Translations under genes and position numbers: made by a program
Assembly (NCBI GenBank): GCA_964599405.1
Contig: CAZRED010000001.1
Location: forward strand, 75,528-139,527
DNA: 64,000 nucleotides
Source of the DNA: an uncultured Candidatus Saccharibacteria bacterium
Lineage (GTDB): Bacteria; Patescibacteriota; UBA1384; 2-12-FULL-50-11
Direction: 5' to 3'
In this document: positions 9,994-19,932 of the stretch, piece after piece
How positions within the stretch are numbered: the first letter of the stretch is position 1
How the letters are laid out: every line of letters begins with the position of its first letter
Notes under the pieces: model-generated
Databases searched by the model: none
Seen by the model: only the letters and a program-made list of their open reading frames with translations
Told to the model about the DNA's origin: nothing

Positions 9994-11181
9994 TTGGCAC
10001 TAAACTTTTTTCACGATCGGATTTACACACAGATTCCCTTCACTGACGACGACTTGCGACTCTATCAAACTCCCGAAATGACTCGCTTGCGACAGGTTTC
10101 ATTATCGGCAATACCACCTTGGATTCTGCCTTGTGGGCTTTGTGCCAGCAAGTTTGAACACTCGGTCGGGGTGAAATTCTTAGCCGAAATTGTCGGTAAT
10201 CAGTCCGGGTTTGCTTCTATGGCAAAGAACATCGTATTTGCTGGGCTTGCACACGACGTTGGCACGCCACCGTTCTCTCATATGAGCGAGTACTTTCTTA
10301 AGCTTCTTCACGGTAAAGACCACGAAGAGTTTGCGGAAGATCTATTGCTCAACTCTCAACTGGCCGAGGAATTTCATCGGCAAGGTGGGGACGTTGAAAC
10401 AATTCTCAAGATGATCACCGGTAAGCTGCCTGGGGTGAGCGATGTGGTGAACGGATCGATTGACATCGACAATCTCGACAACTCGCTAAGATACTGTCTT
10501 AGTATGGGGTTGGTCGACTATCGGACCTACCGTCCGGAAGTGTTGGCTAGATCCTATCGGATGTCAGATAGTGGCGATATTTACTTGGACGAAAGCGCCC
10601 TGTCAGAGTTACCGGGATGGGAAGAGTGCCGGGTTAGAACGTACGCGTTCGTATATTCTGAACACAACCTAGCGCCCGGAAGCATGCTCCACCGAGCTAT
10701 GGATTTGGCTACCCGTGAGGGGGTGGATGAGATACCGCCGGAGTACTTCCGCTTCACTGACACTCAAGCTTACCGATGGCTGCTTGATAAATGCAGCTTC
10801 GGGACGCAGGACTTGGCTCGTAAAGTCGAGGGATTCCGCTTCCATCAGCCGGTAATCGGGACGACCATCACGGAAGAAAATCCGAGCCTATCGAAGCTAA
10901 TTAGCGAGCCACGCTCTCGTGGCCTACTGGCCGATGAGATCGCGGAGCTGCTTTCACTCCCTAGGGAGGCAGTTGCTGTTATTCACGGGAAGAACAAAGG
11001 TAACAAGCAAATTCACCTGCCTATTCGTGATAAAAGCGGGGCGTTGTCACCCAGCCACCGTTCGATGCTACGAGAAAGTTGGTATATCCGGGTGTTCGTT
11101 GCTCCTGAAAACATCAAGAGCGACACACGGGAGACTATTCACCGGTTACTTCTGTCTCGTTTACCTGAACTTTCCTTTTGA
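9994..11181 (+). CDS. HD-domain phosphohydrolase (SAMHD1/YwfO-like dNTPase family)
   Basis: RLRQVSL, FEHSVGV, HDVGTPPFSH, DIDNLD; TTG start after GGAGG. Confidence 0.85.
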   Translation: MALNFFHDRIYTQIPFTDDDLRLYQTPEMTRLRQVSLSAIPPWILPCGLCASKFEHSVGVKFLAEIVGNQSGFASMAKNIVFAGLAHDVGTPPFSHMSEYFLKLLHGKDHEEFAEDLLLNSQLAEEFHRQGGDVETILKMITGKLPGVSDVVNGSIDIDNLDNSLRYCLSMGLVDYRTYRPEVLARSYRMSDSGDIYLDESALSELPGWEECRVRTYAFVYSEHNLAPGSMLHRAMDLATREGVDEIPPEYFRFTDTQAYRWLLDKCSFGTQDLARKVEGFRFHQPVIGTTITEENPSLSKLISEPRSRGLLADEIAELLSLPREAVAVIHGKNKGNKQIHLPIRDKSGALSPSHRSMLRESWYIRVFVAPENIKSDTRETIHRLLLSRLPELSF

Positions 11182-11183
11182 TT

Positions 11184-11210
11184 ATTCCGGCTTCCAGCCG
11201 GAATTTTTTT
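11184..11210. terminator. Intrinsic terminator between the HD gene and tRNA-Gly
   Basis: ATTCCGGC/GCCGGAAT stem followed by a T run. Confidence 0.75.
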
Positions 11211-11211
11211 G

Positions 11212-11284
11212 AGCGGCAGACCGGATTTGAACCGGCGACCTCTTCCTTGGCAAGGAAGCGTTCTACCAACTGAACTACTGCCGC
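11212..11284 (-). tRNA. tRNA-Gly(GCC)
   Basis: GCGGCAG acceptor stem, CTTCC-TTGCCAA-GGAAG anticodon arm, GGTTCAAATCC. Confidence 0.95.
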
Positions 11285-11354
11285 GCGTAATGTGATTATA
11301 TCTTGCCCGCCACCCTTGTGTAAAGGAGATAACGGGGCTAATATTGCCTCTGAA

Positions 11355-11669
11355 ATGGCAAAAAAGCACGGCAAAAATCTGCAGAAATTATTAGCCAAAA
11401 AACAGCAGCTCCAACGCCTCCAGGAAAGTCCTAGTACCGTCGCCGAGGCTCTGCCCACGCCAGTTGTTGCCGACCGACCGGCGATCGCCGCCGCTCCGGA
11501 GCTGCCAGCCTTGCCCGTTGGCGACAACAAACCGGTCAAGCGCACGTTAATTAGCGTGGCGATTGTCGCCGTTATTTTAACGGTGCTGACTCTGACCGCC
11601 CAATCCAACCATTACCTCGGTAGTTTTGGTGACTGGCTCTACGAAACTCTGAAGCTCGGCGCTAATTAG
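11355..11669 (+). CDS. Hypothetical single-TM protein
   Basis: MAKKHGKNLQK..., Pro/Ala linker, C-terminal TM helix. Confidence 0.65.
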   Translation: MAKKHGKNLQKLLAKKQQLQRLQESPSTVAEALPTPVVADRPAIAAAPELPALPVGDNKPVKRTLISVAIVAVILTVLTLTAQSNHYLGSFGDWLYETLKLGAN

Positions 11670-11836
11670 TGCTGACTGGTCGACTTTGGCGAGATACCTT
11701 CTGTCAGGTCTCGGTTGGAATTCAGAGTATTAATTACAATCACAAAACTACTGGCTAATGCCACAAACACCGCCAGAATCACGAAAAATTCGGTAACAAA
11801 CTCGGTTAGATAATTTTTCGGAGATTTTGCTGCCAT
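11666..11836 (-). CDS. Small (56 aa) single-TM protein, below the ORF-track cutoff
   Basis: MAAKSPKNYLTEFVTEFFVILAVFVALASSFVIVINTLNSNRDLTEGISPKSTSQH; fills the gap downstream of comM. Confidence 0.6.
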   Translation of the reverse strand: MAAKSPKNYLTEFVTEFFVILAVFVALASSFVIVINTLNSNRDLTEGISPKSTSQH

Positions 11837-11856
11837 AGTTTTACTTTAGCAATAAA

Positions 11857-13371
11857 TTAGCGTTGAAAACGGTACTGCAGGGCTTCGGCTAGATCACCAG
11901 CGCTGACTTTTTCGTGATCATTCAAGTCCGCTACCGTCTGCGCCACTCGCAGCAATTTGTGGAAACCCCGGCCGGTAATCACGTACTGCTTGCTGGCTTT
12001 TTCCAGCATTGCCTGGGCTTCTGGCTCTAGCGCAATTAACTTATTAACTTCTTTGGGCGATAAGCCAGCGTTCAGAACGCTGGCCCGCTCCTTAGAGCGC
12101 TGCCAAACCTTTTTCACCGCCGTTTGCTTAGCTGCCAGGTCGGCACTATCGTCGTCGGGGCTGGCTTGCAGTTGCTCTAGCGAGACCGGTAGCATTTGAA
12201 TCGACATATCAATCCGGTCCAATATCGGCCCGCTGATTTTTTTGCGATATTGTTCAATTTGATGTGCCGAGCAAATGCACTCCTTCAGACCACTCTCATG
12301 CCAGCCGCAGGGGCAGGGGTTCATAGTGGCAACCATCTGGAAATCGGCCGGGAAACTGGTGCGGGCATTAGCCCTAGCCACATGAACGATTTTGTCCTCC
12401 AGCGGCTGGCGGAGCGATTCAATAACTTGCCGGGGAAATTCTGGCAATTCATCTAAAAACAAAATGCCACGGTGAGCTAAAGATATTTCGCCCGGGCGAA
12501 TTGTGGAATTACCACCGCCAACAATTGCGATATGGCTGGCACTGTGATGAGGGCTGCGCAGTGGCCGGGTGCGAAAGGAAAATATTTCTTCTGGCGACAA
12601 AATCCCGAAAACGCTGTGGATTTGCAGGACTTCAATTTGTTCGTCTTGTTCTAGTGGCGGTAGCAAGACTTGCAGGGCTTTGGCCAACATTGTTTTTCCG
12701 GCGCCTGGTGGTCCGTGGAGCAGGATGCTGTGGCCGCCAGCGGCGGCCACCATGGCTGCCCGTTTGGCTTGTTCTTGGCCGCGAATTTGGCTCCAAACTT
12801 CATCGCTCAACGGCTTTTGCTCGGTAGTGTCGCGCCGGTACGGCTCAATTTCAATTACTCCAGCCAACCAATCCACTACCTCCCGCAGACTGTTAATCGG
12901 TAAGACACTGACCCCACTCACCAACGCTGCTTCGGCAGCATTTTCCTTGGGCACCAACACATTTTTCAGGCCTTTTTTCTTCGCCCACTGCGTCAGCACC
13001 AGCACTGCCCGAACCGGCTGGATACTGCCGTCCAGCGACAAACCGCCGATAATTAAACTATCTTTCAGCCGGAGCGAAGTGGGGATTTGTTTGTCGGCCA
13101 GCAGCACCGACAGGGCAATTGGCACATCAAAATGCGCCCCACTTTTTTTAATCTCCGACGGCGCTAAGTTAACGGTGATGCGATTCAGGGGAAACTTGTA
13201 GCCAGAGTTTTTAATGGCAGCCCGCACCCGCTCGCGACTCTCATCTACCAGTCGGTCAGTTAAGCCAATAATCGAAAAAGCCGGCAAACCGCTGGCCACA
13301 TCTACTTCAACTGTCGTTGGAGATGCCGAAATCCCATCAACGGTGGCGCTGGGGAATTTGGCAAGCGCCAT
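11857..13371 (-). CDS. comM: ComM/YifB Mg-chelatase-like AAA+ helicase
   Basis: ITVNLAP, GPPGAGKT, PGEISLAHRGILFLDE, MNPCPCG, ISGPILDRID. Confidence 0.95.
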   Translation of the reverse strand: MALAKFPSATVDGISASPTTVEVDVASGLPAFSIIGLTDRLVDESRERVRAAIKNSGYKFPLNRITVNLAPSEIKKSGAHFDVPIALSVLLADKQIPTSLRLKDSLIIGGLSLDGSIQPVRAVLVLTQWAKKKGLKNVLVPKENAAEAALVSGVSVLPINSLREVVDWLAGVIEIEPYRRDTTEQKPLSDEVWSQIRGQEQAKRAAMVAAAGGHSILLHGPPGAGKTMLAKALQVLLPPLEQDEQIEVLQIHSVFGILSPEEIFSFRTRPLRSPHHSASHIAIVGGGNSTIRPGEISLAHRGILFLDELPEFPRQVIESLRQPLEDKIVHVARANARTSFPADFQMVATMNPCPCGWHESGLKECICSAHQIEQYRKKISGPILDRIDMSIQMLPVSLEQLQASPDDDSADLAAKQTAVKKVWQRSKERASVLNAGLSPKEVNKLIALEPEAQAMLEKASKQYVITGRGFHKLLRVAQTVADLNDHEKVSAGDLAEALQYRFQR

Positions 13372-14037
13372 TTATGGACCAAAGATTATCACCGAAAAGC
13401 CGAATAAACAGATGACAATGACGCCCCAGCCCATAAAAATAATCGGTAGGCGGCGGCCTAGCACCGCTAAAATTGTGCCGGCTAAGTAGGTTAACGCTAA
13501 CATCGCCAGTGTTAATAAGTTCGGTCCGGAATTCGGCAAAGTTTGGGCTTGGGCCGCTTGCAGATCAACGTTAGCCAGCGAGGCAAACACCGCTACTGTC
13601 AGCACAAATAGTGACAATACGCCGGTAATAGCTTGGGTGCGGGAAAATCCCCGCTCTTTGGCACCGACCGGCTGTTGGGCGGCGAGCCACTGGGTGTATA
13701 GCGCTAGTTGGCCGCGGGGGAAAAACATCCCATCGCAGTCGGGACAGCTCCAAAATTGGCCGGAGTGCGGCGACACGTCGTGGTCGGCCGGCGCCAGCAA
13801 CGTTCCATCAAGCGGGCAGATTAAATCGTAGGATTTCACCGAGTAGTTCGGGCTAGGGGAGTCGTATTGAGTAACAACGGCCGGATCCAGCTGGCTCTCC
13901 AACGGTTGGGGGAACCAAAAGCCGCCGCATTGTAGGCAGCGCTTGGCTTCGACTAGCGAACCCGAAACGGTCCGCAAATCTACTCGATCGTAATCGCCGT
14001 TACACAACGGGCACTTCACTGTTTGTCCCCTCCGCAC
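13372..14037 (-). CDS. Tandem zinc-ribbon (zf-TFIIB-like) membrane protein
   Basis: CPLC...CLQCGGFWF and CPLD...CPDCDGMFF followed by 3 TM helices. Confidence 0.7.
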   Translation of the reverse strand: MRRGQTVKCPLCNGDYDRVDLRTVSGSLVEAKRCLQCGGFWFPQPLESQLDPAVVTQYDSPSPNYSVKSYDLICPLDGTLLAPADHDVSPHSGQFWSCPDCDGMFFPRGQLALYTQWLAAQQPVGAKERGFSRTQAITGVLSLFVLTVAVFASLANVDLQAAQAQTLPNSGPNLLTLAMLALTYLAGTILAVLGRRLPIIFMGWGVIVICLFGFSVIIFGP

Positions 14038-14055
14038 ATACCCCCACTCTACTGA

Positions 14056-14829
14056 CTATTCTTGGTTGCGCAAGAAGCGGCTGGTCAGATCGGCGGCTTC
14101 AGCACTACTGGAAACAGTCACCACCGGCCCGTGGTGGCGCCACCAGGTTAGCTGCCGGCGGATGTAGGCCCGACTGACCTTTTGTAGCTCCCGAATGGCT
14201 TCGTGATAACCCAATTGCCCGCCAAGGTGCAGGGCGGCGTAGCGGTAATCCAGGCCAATATTTGTCAACCACTCCGGACTAATTCCCTTCTCGATTAGCT
14301 CTTTCGTTTCGGCAAGTAATTTGTCGAATACTCTTACTTTCTTATAACGCTTATCGCTACGGCGATATAGTTCATCACGATCAACGCTGGGCATTAAAAT
14401 TAATGATTGAAAATCAACTGGAGCCTGTTTTCTGGAAAAACGTCCCCCGCCTGGCTGATAGCCTTCCAGCAGCGCTGTAACGTATAGGCCAGTACCGCCA
14501 ACGACAATTGGCAGTTTGTCAGAGCGCCAAATTTCTTCCAACTCTGCTTTGGCTAGAATAAGCCAATCTGCAAGAGTGAATCTTTCCCCAGGATCAACGA
14601 CATCGATTAACATCTGGTGAACATCGTCTATCATTCGCCGCGGCTTTCCCTGGAATTGATCAGGCGCTCCTTCTTTATTCGTGCCCACATCTAACCCCAT
14701 GTAAACCTGCCGGGAGTCGGCCGAAATTATTACTCCGTTGAATTTTTTAGCCAACTCAACGGCTAGCGCGGTTTTTCCCGAGCCGGTTGGTCCAACTACC
14801 GCAATTAATTTTCGCTTGCTATTTACCAT
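14056..14829 (-). CDS. miaA: tRNA dimethylallyltransferase (short form)
   Basis: GPTGSGKT, ISADSRQVY, VGGTGLY, RRQLTW. Confidence 0.95.
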   Translation of the reverse strand: MVNSKRKLIAVVGPTGSGKTALAVELAKKFNGVIISADSRQVYMGLDVGTNKEGAPDQFQGKPRRMIDDVHQMLIDVVDPGERFTLADWLILAKAELEEIWRSDKLPIVVGGTGLYVTALLEGYQPGGGRFSRKQAPVDFQSLILMPSVDRDELYRRSDKRYKKVRVFDKLLAETKELIEKGISPEWLTNIGLDYRYAALHLGGQLGYHEAIRELQKVSRAYIRRQLTWWRHHGPVVTVSSSAEAADLTSRFLRNQE

Positions 14830-14851
14830 TCCGCCTCATATTATCTCTTTG

Positions 14852-15568
14852 ATGCTTGAGATTAAAAACCTCTCAAAAAAATTTTGGCGCGGCAAGGGGG
14901 AATTTCTTGCCGTCAATAATCTTACTCTTACCGTCACGCCTGGTAGCGTTTTTGGGTTCTTGGGCTTAAACGGCGCCGGCAAAACTACCACTATCAAAAT
15001 GCTGACCGACTTAATTTTCGCCGATACCGGCCGCTCCAGCTGGAAAAAACAGCCAACTCAAAGCCCCGCTAGCAAAGCCAGAATCGGTTTTATGCCTGAG
15101 CAGCCGCAGTTTCACCGCCATCTTACTGCCAACGAGGTACTAAACTACGTCGGCGAGCTGTTCGAACTGGAACCAACAGTCATTGCCAAACGCCGTAAGT
15201 TACTACTGAAAGAAGTTGGTCTTTCTGCTAGCGCCGATACCGCCACCGAACAGTTCTCCAAAGGAATGAACCAACGTCTTGGTTTGGCCGTCGCCTTAAT
15301 TAACGAACCGGAGTTGTTAATTTTAGACGAGCCGCTCGACGGCCTCGACCCCATCGGCCGAGCCGAATTCAAAACAATTATCCGTGCCCAGCAAAAAAGA
15401 GGAAAAACGGTGTTTTTCAGCAGCCACATCTTGGCTGACGTGGAAGAGCTATGTGATCAAATTGGAGTTATCGACCAGGGAAAATTAATTTTCACTGGCC
15501 CGCCGAAGGAGTTGGCCAAACCTAACCAATCCCTGGAAGACGCGTTTGTCAGCTTGGTCCGACCATGA
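14852..15568 (+). CDS. ABC transporter ATP-binding protein (PilH-like)
   Basis: GLNGAGKTT, FSKGMNQR, LILDEP, SSH; start reassigned to MLEIKN. Confidence 0.9.
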   Translation: MLEIKNLSKKFWRGKGEFLAVNNLTLTVTPGSVFGFLGLNGAGKTTTIKMLTDLIFADTGRSSWKKQPTQSPASKARIGFMPEQPQFHRHLTANEVLNYVGELFELEPTVIAKRRKLLLKEVGLSASADTATEQFSKGMNQRLGLAVALINEPELLILDEPLDGLDPIGRAEFKTIIRAQQKRGKTVFFSSHILADVEELCDQIGVIDQGKLIFTGPPKELAKPNQSLEDAFVSLVRP

Positions 15569-16332
15569 TCAATAAAAAAATCCTGACCATTGCCAAAAAT
15601 ACCCTCACCGAAACCATTCGGGAGCGGATTCTTTATGTGATTATCGGTTTTGCCGTTCTAACAATTGCCGCCACCCTGCTAGCCGGCTCGATTTCGTTGG
15701 GGCAGGATCTGCGAGTTATCCAGACGTTCGGCCTAACAGCCCTGCTGGTTTTTCTGGTAGTGATAGCGATTTTTACCGGCAGCCAGATGCTCAAGCGGGA
15801 AACCGACAGTCGAACGATATACCTAACGCTCTCCAAGCCCGTCTCCCGCGAAATGTTTTACCTGGGCAAATTTATCGGGGTTTGTTCGGTTTTATTGATT
15901 TGCGCGGTGGCAATGGCCGCCGTATTGGTGACGTTACTGTGGATAAAGTCCGGCGTTTTTCCGACAGTTACACTCTGGGCCGTGGCCTTTATAATCCTCG
16001 AGGTTTGGTTAGTAGCAGCGCTAGGGATGCTCTTTGGCAGCTTTGCCACACCGCTGATGAGTGTGGTTTACACTTTTGGGTTGGTGTTAATCGGCCATTC
16101 TGCCACCACAATTTATATTATCTCCCAAAAGTCCGCCCCTGCCGTAAAATATCTTCTCCAAACTGTTTACTACGGATTCCCTAACTTAGAGAAATTTAAC
16201 CTACGAAACGACGTAATTTACTCCTTGTCACCGGATTTCGCCCAAGTATTGGGAATAATTGGCTACTTTATTGGCTACACGCTCTTGCTGTTGGTGCTGG
16301 GCCTGATCGTCTTTCGCCGCCATGAAGCGTGA
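15565..16332 (+). CDS. ABC-2-type permease (PilI-like)
   Basis: IAKNTLTETIRERI, RTIYLTLSKPVSR, LGKFIG, FPNLEKFNLR; 6 TM helices. Confidence 0.85.
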   Translation: MINKKILTIAKNTLTETIRERILYVIIGFAVLTIAATLLAGSISLGQDLRVIQTFGLTALLVFLVVIAIFTGSQMLKRETDSRTIYLTLSKPVSREMFYLGKFIGVCSVLLICAVAMAAVLVTLLWIKSGVFPTVTLWAVAFIILEVWLVAALGMLFGSFATPLMSVVYTFGLVLIGHSATTIYIISQKSAPAVKYLLQTVYYGFPNLEKFNLRNDVIYSLSPDFAQVLGIIGYFIGYTLLLLVLGLIVFRRHEA

Positions 16333-17170
16333 ACTAGCCGACCGGCGCTTTGCCTGGTTGGTGGTAGTGTTTCTCTGGGGAGCTGCCTATCTCTCACAGC
16401 TCCATTACGACACCTGGCGGCTTTACAGTCCGGCGAAAATTACTGTTGATTACAACGAATTTATCGAGCCGCAGCCGCTCTCGGGGAACAGTGCCAGACT
16501 GGCCAGCTTTGGCGCAACGGAATTTCTGGCCGATATTTACTGGCTGCAGTTGATTCAGTACTACGGCGGTGGTACACCCAACGGCCAATACCGAAAATTA
16601 CCCGAACTATTCTCCACCATAACCGAGCTAGCTCCTCACTTCAAACAAGCATATGTCACCGGGTTACTAATCCTTCCCGGCGAGGGATTTGTTGATCAAG
16701 CGCTAGCTCTTGGCGAAAAAGGCCAACAATTCCTGCCTGACGCCTGGGAGCTGCCGTACTACACCGGTTTGGTTTACCACATCTACCAAAAAGATTTTAC
16801 TGCTGCCGCCAAAGAGTTCGAAAAAGCCGCGGCAATTGCCGACTCTCCGCCAATTGCAAAGCTCTTTGCCGGTATTTACTACAAAGAAGCTAATCAGCGC
16901 CAAACCGCCTACATTATTTTCCAGACGATTTTGGCCACCAGCGACAACGACTTTGTACGGGAACGGGCTGCCAAGTACCTGCAACATCTCGACGGCATGA
17001 TTGCCCTAGAGAAAGCCGTTGCCCAATTTCACAGCCAATTTGGCCGCTACCCGACATCCCTGGGCGAGCTGGTAGCCAAACAAATAATTAGCGAATTACC
17101 TAAAAGTCCACTGGTTATCGAATACACCTACGACTCCGTTACCGGTGCGGTCGGGGAAGCCGCCAATTAG
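16322..17170 (+). CDS. Membrane-anchored TPR-like protein (PilG-like) with pilin/GspG-like C-terminus
   Basis: LADIYWLQLIQYYG, ITELAPHF, helical repeats, FGRYPTSLGELV. Confidence 0.6.
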   Translation: MKRELADRRFAWLVVVFLWGAAYLSQLHYDTWRLYSPAKITVDYNEFIEPQPLSGNSARLASFGATEFLADIYWLQLIQYYGGGTPNGQYRKLPELFSTITELAPHFKQAYVTGLLILPGEGFVDQALALGEKGQQFLPDAWELPYYTGLVYHIYQKDFTAAAKEFEKAAAIADSPPIAKLFAGIYYKEANQRQTAYIIFQTILATSDNDFVRERAAKYLQHLDGMIALEKAVAQFHSQFGRYPTSLGELVAKQIISELPKSPLVIEYTYDSVTGAVGEAAN

Positions 17171-18114
17171 CTGCCGGCGAACAGTCGCCAAACGGCGTCA
17201 GCCAACTTTTTGGAACTATGGAACAGCGGCTGGCTTTCATTAATTAAATCCGTCCGGACGATTGGCACACCCAGAATTTCCGTTTCTTCGGCGGTAATAT
17301 TGTGAATGCTGCCGGGCTTGTCCTCACTGCCTCTGGCCACAACCTTGTCGTTCACTAACGCCGCGTCAAACCGGGTGCCGTTAACGTAACGACGAAGTTG
17401 CTTAATATGGTCTTCCACCGTGAAACCTTCTGTTTCGCCGCGCTCGGTCGAAGCATTACAGATGTAAATTTTCATCGCCGTCGATTTTTCAAAGGCGTCG
17501 CGAAATTCTTTAATCAAAAAGTTTGGCAAAATACTGGTGAACAAGCTGCCTGGCCCCACTAAAATTAAATCGGCGTTATTAATAAAATGAATGGCGGTCG
17601 GGTTAGCTTTGGCGCCCACCGGCGAAAGTTCAATCTTGTCTATGCCGAAGCGATGGCCCTGGACCGGAATATCCACTTCGCCCAATGCCTGCTGGCCATT
17701 TTTCAGCCGGGCAATCAAACTAACGTGCTCCAACGTTGATGGAATCACCTCGCCTTTAATCGACAGAATCTTACTGCTGGCTTGGACGGCCGACTCAAAA
17801 TCGCCAGTGATATCGGCCAGGGCAATTAGTAGCAAGTTGCCCAGCGAATGTCCGCTCAACCCTCGCCCTTTACCGAACCGGTACTCAAAAAGTTTCGTTA
17901 GCAGCTGCTCGTCGTCGGAGAGCGCCGCTAAACACTTTCGAATATCCCCGGGCGGCAGTACGCCCATTTCCCGACTCAACCGGCCACTGGAAGCGCCGTT
18001 GTCGGTCATGGTAACGATTCCCGATAAACTAACCGGGTGATTTTTTAGGCCACGCAAAAGGGTAGATAGCCCAGAACCCCCGCCAATGGCGACGACTTTG
18101 GGTTTGGGGGTCAT
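17167..18114 (-). CDS. yvcK: YvcK/GlmR (CofD-like) UDP-GlcNAc-binding factor
   Basis: IGGGSGLSTLLRGLK, DNGASSGRL, PPGDIR, GPGSLFTSILP. Confidence 0.93.
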   Translation of the reverse strand: MTPKPKVVAIGGGSGLSTLLRGLKNHPVSLSGIVTMTDNGASSGRLSREMGVLPPGDIRKCLAALSDDEQLLTKLFEYRFGKGRGLSGHSLGNLLLIALADITGDFESAVQASSKILSIKGEVIPSTLEHVSLIARLKNGQQALGEVDIPVQGHRFGIDKIELSPVGAKANPTAIHFINNADLILVGPGSLFTSILPNFLIKEFRDAFEKSTAMKIYICNASTERGETEGFTVEDHIKQLRRYVNGTRFDAALVNDKVVARGSEDKPGSIHNITAEETEILGVPIVRTDLINESQPLFHSSKKLADAVWRLFAGS

Positions 18115-18626
18115 GGAACTAATGGATAGCGGTAATTGGTGACTTCGTCCAGCGCAGCGGGGCTGGATTTCGTCCAGGTTTGCAGGACAAATTTTTCTGA
18201 AGCCGTCGCCGTGCGGTTATTAGTGTAGGCCACGGCCGTTACGTGGAAAACGCCAAGGAAGTGAAAATCGTCTAGTTTGTACTTTTGAACGTAGCTGCCG
18301 CTGCCGTCAACCGTCATCTTCAGGGTTTGGGAGTTGTTAACGCTACCGTTAGGATATTGGGTAACGATTTCCAGCTCCGCGCCGGGAACGGTGGTGAAAG
18401 TGACGGTTTGGCTCTGCCCCAGCCGCACCACTTCCCGCGAAAAAGTAATCGCCAGCGGAAACGGCTGCTCTTCGGTTTGGCTCGCTTCGTTTTGCGAAGC
18501 GAGTACCGCCTCACTAATTGTCACTGGGTCGCGTTGCACGGTTATCTCGCGATTCCAGTTTAGACCCAGCGTCGTCAGAATCAGCGCGACGATGGTGAAG
18601 AAGGTGTTACGCAGCGTTCGTGACAT
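18111..18626 (-). CDS. Hypothetical exported beta-rich (Ig-like) protein
   Basis: MSRTLRN... N-terminal TM helix followed by a beta-strand pattern. Confidence 0.6.
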   Translation of the reverse strand: MSRTLRNTFFTIVALILTTLGLNWNREITVQRDPVTISEAVLASQNEASQTEEQPFPLAITFSREVVRLGQSQTVTFTTVPGAELEIVTQYPNGSVNNSQTLKMTVDGSGSYVQKYKLDDFHFLGVFHVTAVAYTNNRTATASEKFVLQTWTKSSPAALDEVTNYRYPLVP

Positions 18627-18710
18627 AGCTTTTTTATATTGTAGCCGCTTCAAGAACAATGACAACGCTCGTTGCGACGGCGCCAAAAACACGTTACGCT
18701 CGGAAAAGCG

Positions 18711-19688
18711 ATGACAGCCGACACTAACTACGACGTGGCAATTATTGGTTCCGGCATTGCTGGGCTTTCGGCCGGACTATATTCCGGTCGCTACGAACTA
18801 CCGACCGCCGTTATCGGCGATATGTTGGGCGGCGCCACCTCCACTGCTTGGACGGTGGAAAACTACCCGGGCTACAAAGAAATTGACGGCTACGATTTGA
18901 TTATCAAGGTTAAAGAGCAAAACGAAGCGCTCGGCGTCAATATTATTAACGATCGCGTCACCGGTTTGGAAAAGACCGGGGATGGTTTTGAGCTGTCGCT
19001 GCGCGACGGCGGCGAGCACAAAGTTCAAGCGAAAACGGTGATTTTTGCCGTTGGTGCTGCGAGGCGCAAATTGGGCGTTGATAAAGAGGACGAATTTTCC
19101 CAGGGCAAAGGCGTCCACTACTGCGCTACCTGTGACGCCCCGCTCTACAAAGGTAAGGTTATTGGATTAATCGGCGGAGGAGACGCCTCCGTTAAGGGAA
19201 TGAACTTGGCTGTTCAGTACGCCGAAAAGGTTCACGCTTTTGTCCGAGGCGACAAGCTCAAAGCCGAACCGATCAACTACGAGCGCCTCGAGCCGCATAT
19301 TCAGTCCGGCAAAGTGGAGGTTCACTTCAAAACCGAAATTACCGAACTGTTGGGTACGGAGCGCCTAACCGGTGTTAAAACCAACGACGGCCGAGAGATT
19401 GAGTTGGACGGCGTATTTATTGAAATTGGGGCCATCCCAGAAGTGGAGCTGGCCGAAAAAGTTGGCGTCAAGCTCGACGAGCACGGCTATATCGGCGTCA
19501 ACAATATGATGGAAACTAATGTTCCGGGAATCTACGCCGCTGGCGACACCACTAGTTTCTTTGGCCATTTCAAACAAGATATTACTGCCGCCGCCATGGG
19601 CGCCGTCGCCGCAACGTCGGCCTTTAACTTTGTTCAAAGCCAAAACGCTAAAACCGTCAAAGAGCCTGCCAAAGCAGCCGCCAACTGA
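18711..19688 (+). CDS. trxB: Thioredoxin reductase
   Basis: IIGSGIAG, VENYPG, HYCATCD, IGGGD, GIYAAGD. Confidence 0.92.
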   Translation: MTADTNYDVAIIGSGIAGLSAGLYSGRYELPTAVIGDMLGGATSTAWTVENYPGYKEIDGYDLIIKVKEQNEALGVNIINDRVTGLEKTGDGFELSLRDGGEHKVQAKTVIFAVGAARRKLGVDKEDEFSQGKGVHYCATCDAPLYKGKVIGLIGGGDASVKGMNLAVQYAEKVHAFVRGDKLKAEPINYERLEPHIQSGKVEVHFKTEITELLGTERLTGVKTNDGREIELDGVFIEIGAIPEVELAEKVGVKLDEHGYIGVNNMMETNVPGIYAAGDTTSFFGHFKQDITAAAMGAVAATSAFNFVQSQNAKTVKEPAKAAAN

Positions 19689-19729
19689 TTGAGCGGTAAG
19701 CATTTTACTGGTACAATTTGTATTACTAC

Positions 19730-19801
19730 AGGCCTGTAGCTCAGCGGTAGAGCAGGTGCCTTTTAAGCACTGTGCGGCGGGTTCGACTCCCGCCAGGCCT
19801 A
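19730..19801 (+). tRNA. tRNA-Lys(TTT)
   Basis: AGGCCTG acceptor stem, GGTGC-CTTTTAA-GCACT anticodon arm, GGTTCGACTCC. Confidence 0.95.
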
Positions 19802-19805
19802 CATG

Positions 19806-19835
19806 AAAAAGTACCCACCTCTGTGGGTACTTTTT
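19806..19835 (+). terminator. Terminator after tRNA-Lys
   Basis: AAAAAGTACCCAC-ctct-GTGGGTACTTTTT. Confidence 0.85.
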
Positions 19836-19932
19836 ATGTATGTCTTGGGAGCGAACCAGCCGGCTTTGCCGGCTCGGTTAGATAGCGAGCGTAACGAAGT
19901 GAAGCGAGCTATACCGCAGCGAAGCGGAGGGT

